Part shown: piece after piece, positions 59,049 through 64,000 of the stretch
Numbering within the stretch: the first letter of the stretch is position 1
How the letters are laid out: every line of letters begins with the position of its first letter
From: Cyanophora paradoxa CCMP329
Lineage: Eukaryota > Plantae > Glaucophyta
Assembly: GCA_004431415.1 (NCBI GenBank)
Contig: QPMI01000098.1
Span: 62,001 to 126,000 of the forward strand
Length of the DNA stretch: 64,000 nucleotides
Reading direction: 5' to 3'
The notes under the pieces: model-generated
Told to the model about the DNA's origin: nothing
Database searches by the model: none
Seen by the model: the letters and a program-made list of their open reading frames with translations, nothing else
Translations under genes and position numbers: made by a program

Positions 59049-61363
59049 ATGAGCGCCGGTGCTAGTGCCATCAGCGATGGAAGCGTATGTGGCGGGTGGC
59101 CGTCGGAAATCTTTGAGCCCGGCGAGGAGGCGAAGGCGAAGGGCTTCGAGCTGACGTGCGCGGTCTGCTTGCTTGTAATGCGCGATCCGGTGCGTCGCGA
59201 TCGGCGCCCGCACACGCGTACTAACTGCAGCCACTGCATTACACAGGTCGAGCTCGGTTGTCCCAACAAGCACGCGCTGTGCCGAACCTGCGCGGATCAT
59301 CTGGCGCGGGAAGCCGGCTATCCCTTCGAATACGAGTACATGAAGGCGCAGCTAAAGTGCCCAGTCGACCGCGATGTCATCGACTGCGAGCGCTTCGAGC
59401 CGGCGAAACGCGACGGTCGACGCATCAACGAGCTGCGGGTGCTGTGCGCATCTTGCGACCAGAGCGCGGGCTCAGCTTGAGCTAGCGCTCGAGCTCTAGC
59501 TTTAGCTTAATTAAGCTTGCATCGGCACCTGACTCCGGACGCGGCGCCGTGCGCCTCCACCGCGCAGCTGCCTGTTTCAGGAGCGGGGCTGCGAGTGGCG
59601 GGGCGAGCTGGGCTCCTTCACCGCGCACGCCGCGAGCTGCAGTGCGGTTTGTGCCTCCCAAGCCTTCGTTTAGCTTCGAACACTGACCGTGAACTGAACT
59701 ACACGCCCGCGCGCAGATGCCGCAAGGGCAAGGCGCCAGCGACGAGTTCATCGCCCGCCTAACGCGCGAGAAAGGTCCTCGTTCCCTTCTCTTCTCTTCC
59801 CCCCCCCTCCCCCGTGCCCCCCCTCGCCCTGCCCCCCCCCCCCCCCCCCCCCGTGCCCCGTCCACCCCTGTCCCCCTCCCCTTCCCTCGTCCTTCCCGTC
59901 CCCTATTCCCCCCCCCTCCCCCGTCCACCCGTCCCCCCCGCCCCCCCCCCCCCCCCCACCCCACCCGCCCCCACCACACCCGCCTCCCTTCGCCCCCCGG
60001 TCTCCCTCCCCCCGCCTCCCATGCCCGGGCCCCGCCCCATCCCCCCCACCCCTTCCTCCGTCTCCCCTCCCCGCTCTCCCCCCTCCCCCCCCTCCCCCTG
60101 GTCCCCCTCCCCGCCGCCTTCCGTGCCCGGTTTTGACTGCAAGGTTCAGGTACCCTGGAGGGGCAGGTCCGCGACCTCTCGAGGCAGCTCGAAGCGATGC
60201 GGCTGCGGGCGGAGGCGGCTGAGAGGCAGCTCGACAACTCGACAACTGAAGTTGCAGTTGCCCCCGGGCAGAGCGTTGCGAATGCTGTCAGGCGGGCCGC
60301 CGTTGGGCAGACAATCCGACTCGCACCCGGCGTGTGCGCGCTGCTTTCTGATCATGCACATGAGTATCGTATGAGTCTCGTTTCTAAGGCTAAGTTTTTT
60401 AATGTGCCATGTGCCACAGGTACAGGCAGCAGCTGGTGCTGGACAAGGAGGTGCACGTCGTGGGGCCGCGGGAGGCCGTCTTCAAGTGGGACCAGGGCCC
60501 CACGCTGCACTGCAAGGGCCCCGCGGCGCCTAGCGTCAAAGGAATTACGATCCGGAACACTGCGCGGGGGGAGACGGCGGTGTGGATCACAGATGGGAGC
60601 CGGGTGTTCGTAGAGGGCTGCGACGTCTCCAGCGCTGGCCTCAGTGGCATTTTTGTCTCCGAGGAGGGGACGGCTCCGACGATGCGCGGTGGGCGCCCCG
60701 CCCCGCCCTCCGCCCGGCCTACTGTTGACCGATTCCTCGCTGGGCAGGGAATGTGGTACACGACTGCGGCGGTATTGGCATCTTCTTCCACGCGTCGGCG
60801 AAGGGCGTCGCGGAGGGCAACGACATCTACGACATCAAAGTGGCGGGCATTCAGATCACTTCCGGCGCTGACCCCATCGTGCGGGGCAACAAGGTACATG
60901 ACGGCAAGCAGGGCGGCATCTTCGTGAATGAGAACGGGCGGGGCACCGTCGAGGGCAACGACGTCTACGGCAACGCGCTGGCAGGCATCCAGATCAATGA
61001 CGGCGCTGACCCCGTCGTGCGGGGCAACAAGGTCCACAACGGCAAGTCGGGCGGCATCTGGGTGTTCGATAACGGGCGGGGCACGGTCGTGGGCAACGAC
61101 GTCTACGGCAACGCGCTGGCGGGCATCGAGATCAGAACTGGCGCAGACCTCGTGGTGAAGGGTAACCGGTGCGCCCTCGGGCTCCTCTACGCCTCCCTCA
61201 CCCTTCTCTCCCGGCGCTGACATCGATATCCGGCCCCCGCAGGGTGCACGACCAGCAGTACGGGATCTTGGTGAGCGGCAGCAGCAAGGTGATCGTCTCG
61301 GGGAACACAATCGAGCGCATCACACATATACAACTCCCGGCTTTTAGACCTCGGCTTATTTAA
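59049..61363 (+). CDS. RING finger + TRAF/SINA-type Zn finger + coiled coil + FBXO11-like right-handed beta-helix protein (putative E3 ligase)
   Basis: CAVCLLVMRDPVELGCPNKHALCRTC...CPVDR (RING); CxFQERGCEWRGELGSFTAHAASC; repeats GNDVYGNALAGIQINDGADPVVRGNKVH. The last 13 codons come from the inverted-repeat element beginning at 61321. Confidence 0.8.
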
Positions 61364-61630
61364 ATTGATCTCGTTAGTATATAACCTGTATTTATAATAT
61401 ATCTATCGTGAATATGTGTGTGTTTTATCGGTGATTTGTATTTATTTTATCGTGGGTTATAGCTTCTTTTTAATAAAATATGTGAAATATGTATAGTTTC
61501 TTTGATCTTTATGTATATTCTCGATGAGTAGACTTATATATCTCGTGAGTTTTATTATATTAGAGGTGTGACTCAACTTAGTTTAATTATAACTTGCCTC
61601 AGTCTAAAAGCCGGGAGTTGTATATGTGTG
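61321..61630. mobile_element. 310-bp AT-rich segment bounded by perfect 29-bp inverted repeats (MITE-like or terminal fold-back)
   Basis: cacacatatacaactcccggcttttagac (61321-61349) and its exact reverse complement at 61602-61630. No obvious flanking target-site duplication. Confidence 0.6.
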
Positions 61631-61793
61631 TTTGTTCTGAATTTTCAATATAAAAGCGACGATCACGCGCCGTTTCATCATAAACAACTACCATGAGCTG
61701 CATGGAACGTTCTGCATGCGGCTCTCTATAAAACAAAGTAGATCTATGATATATTATGATTGATTGTTTTGTATTTTAATTGGTCTTATTCAG

Positions 61794-62680
61794 TGTTACA
61801 GGTGTTACAGGTTCATCCCAAACTTTGCCCTAGGAGGGGGGTCTTGGTTCCCGAGTTTGGGCAAGACCTGTAACACCTGTAACAACGTAAACAATTATCA
61901 TGTGCTGTATGAAACATGTCGCGCGCATCGAGAGTGTGCGGCGCACTGTGCGGCGGACTGTGCGCAACGTAAATGTATGAGTTTCGCATCGAGATCGATC
62001 GGCTACTCATAGGAAACTACGCAATCTATCGCAACTACTCAAAGAAACTACGCAATTTAATACCGGGAACTACTGAAAAGATACCAAAACTACGCAACTA
62101 CGCAACTTTTTGAAAACGTTTGAAATTCGGGGCGGGAAAAATTTAGAAAAGTGTAAAACTTGCGTAGTTGCGTAGTTTTGGTTTCATTTGCGTAGTTTTG
62201 GTTTCGAATTGCGTAGTTTTTCAGGGAAAGTTGAGTAGTTTAAAGTAGTTTATATATTATAAAGTTGTTTCTTATTAATATCAATATGATTCTATGATAT
62301 ATACCATGCTTTCTCTACTGAAAAGAGCGCCGGCATGCTACAAAGGGAAGCTACGCAATCGTTTCGCACTGAAACACAACAGTTTTATAGGCTACACAAT
62401 AGTCTCGCACTGAGAAGCATGCGGGCAATCGGAGACTACGCAATTTAACGTAACTACGCATGAAAACTACGCAATCTGATCGCTTTTAATACCGAAAACT
62501 ACGCATTTAATACCAAAACTACGCAACTACGCAACTTTCTGAAAAAATTTGAGAGTAGGGGGGGAAAAAAATTAGAGAAGTGAAAAACTTGCGTAGTTGC
62601 GTAGTTTTGGTATTAAATGCGTAGTTTGCGGTATTAAGTTGCGTAGTTTAACATAGGTAGTTGAGTAGTTTAAAGTAGTT
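61794..62680. other. Three inverted iteron-like modules (origin-of-replication-like architecture)
   Basis: Perfect inverted-repeat arms 61794-61812/61866-61884 (19 bp), 62083-62105/62160-62182 (23 bp) and 62496-62534/62589-62627 (39 bp), built from 8-9 bp tandem units. Confidence 0.7.
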
Positions 62681-63060
62681 TTAATTAATTATAAAGTAGT
62701 TTATTATTTATCTTATTGTTATCAGTCTGAGACTCTATGAAAATCGATTGACCTTAGTGTGAAACAGTGCGCCCCGCCCACTATGCAAGATACATGCAAA
62801 CTACATGCGAGTTCCATGAAAAACTATAACGATTAAGTCATGTATATATTTCGTATATATGTCCGAACCTCCGTGATAGTGATCCCGCGCAACTTTCGTT
62901 TTTGTTTTTCTTTTTTTTCTCATATCACGACATATACATATATATATCGGCGTCACCGACATATTCGGGGTCATCACATCGCGGCGATTCCGAAAACATA
63001 TAGCATGCCACAAAGTAGTATTTTATGTTTTTGTTGTGGTATTCGACCAATCACAAGCCA

Positions 63061-63146
63061 CTAGAAAGGGGGAATACCGATTTACTAGAAAGGTCTAGAA
63101 AGGGGGGCTACCGATTTACTAGAAAGGTCTAGAAAGGGGGGATACC
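63061..63146. repeat. ~34-bp tandem repeat (ctagaaagggggg.[ac]taccgatttactagaaaggt), about 2.5 copies
   Basis: Directly visible; CTAGAAAGG occurs five times. Confidence 0.85.
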
Positions 63147-63354
63147 TAAAAACTGACATGTTAACAGGTGTCACATGCAAAAAAAACCAGAGTTCTAACC
63201 AAATTACTTAATTGTTTGTTATTTTTGACTTGGGGCTCTAACTTTTAGTAAGCCTCTGACTCGGTGAGCCGCTGAGCCAACTCACCGGGCTCGGCGGTCG
63301 GCGGTAACCTATACTATGATACTTGCCAGTTGCATTTTTGAAGTTGCAAAGTTG

Positions 63355-63431
63355 GAGTCCCGAGTCCCGAGTCCCGAGTCCCGAGTCCCGAGTCCCGAGT
63401 CCCGAGTCCCGAGTCCCGAGTCCCGAGTCCC
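63355..63431. repeat. (GAGTCCC)11 microsatellite
   Basis: Directly visible perfect heptamer array. Confidence 0.97.
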
Positions 63432-64000
63432 GACTCGATAACACCGGCGATCGCGACTTCGCGGAGACCCCCTTCCGTTTTCCCCGCATAACTTTGGACA
63501 GGAAGCCGATCCCGGCGCGCTCTCAATTGCTACGTGCTCATAACTTGCTTCCGGGCATGTTGGTGCTGGTTTGACTAGCTTACGCAACCGTGGCGCGACG
63601 CGCAAGTTCGCCATCGGCACAAGTGCCCGAAAACCGAGGTGTCCGCTACATTCTGAGCGCCGGCGCGCGTTCCCGTGCGTCTCCACTAGTCATACTTTGC
63701 ATCCGCGTGCGCATAGAGTAGTGCTACACTGCTACAAAGTGGCGCGGTCTGATTCGCAAAGGGCGCGATTTGGCGGCTACGAAAGCACCGCGGCGCCTAC
63801 TACTTTCGTGGTCTCAGAGTCGCTCTTCGATCGCCATTAGCTACCGGCGCTACCGTTGCTACTTTTCTACTACTTCTTAATGTAGCTTTGGTTTCCGGCG
63901 CTTTGTAGCTCTCAGTTTGATTAGAGAACGACTTATACCATCGTTGGCTATTAACGCCGCCGGACAGCTTAGGCTCCGCGGCTGTTACTAGCCGCTGTAA

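Noticed and set aside
1915-60374. Hundreds of overlapping Arg/Pro/Gly/Ala-rich ORFs
   Set aside because: Expected from very high GC content and intron read-through; no domain motifs.
12012-63431. CRISPR array among the tandem repeats
   Set aside because: The repeats lack unique spacers of regular length, there are no cas genes, and the context is eukaryotic.
63355-63431. (GAGTCCC)11 as a telomere
   Set aside because: Internal, short, and unlike TTAGGG/TTTAGGG-type repeats.

Overview
Eukaryotic nuclear DNA, very GC-rich in genic regions and dense in short (~50-100 nt) spliceosomal introns, so the supplied six-frame ORFs are mostly exon/intron read-through or shadow frames. A HAD hydrolase starting MAFVASLTVAARG with no signal peptide suggests a primary-plastid alga, possibly a glaucophyte (inference only). 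By hand-splicing I reconstruct about 11 genes and 1 probable pseudogene: an ankyrin-like protein, a two-TM-block class III nucleotide cyclase, a decayed tandem-C2 gene, a giant Glu/Pro repeat protein, a soluble (ADCY10-like) cyclase-STAND-TPR protein, a twin Cys/His-motif + SAM-like protein, a large acidic protein with a recent 1.97-kb internal duplication, an F-box-LRR-ankyrin protein, a plastid-targeted Cof-type HAD hydrolase, an unknown arrestin-like/TPR-like protein, a membrane-anchored subtilase, and a RING-Zn finger-beta-helix protein. The last ~2.7 kb is AT-rich, non-coding and full of inverted repeats. Most notable: (1) an unusual intron code, with frequent GC donors lacking the usual strong consensus, +4 C, no polypyrimidine tract, and branch points repeatedly displayed in GC hairpin loops; (2) three iteron-like inverted-repeat modules with matching 53-54 nt spacers; (3) phase-0 ankyrin exon cassettes; (4) a cyclase with swapped catalytic halves but adenine-specifying residues. 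Several 1-nt indels in G/C runs look like assembly errors. No rRNA, tRNA or CRISPR seen. All gene models are manual and unverified by RNA data or database searches.
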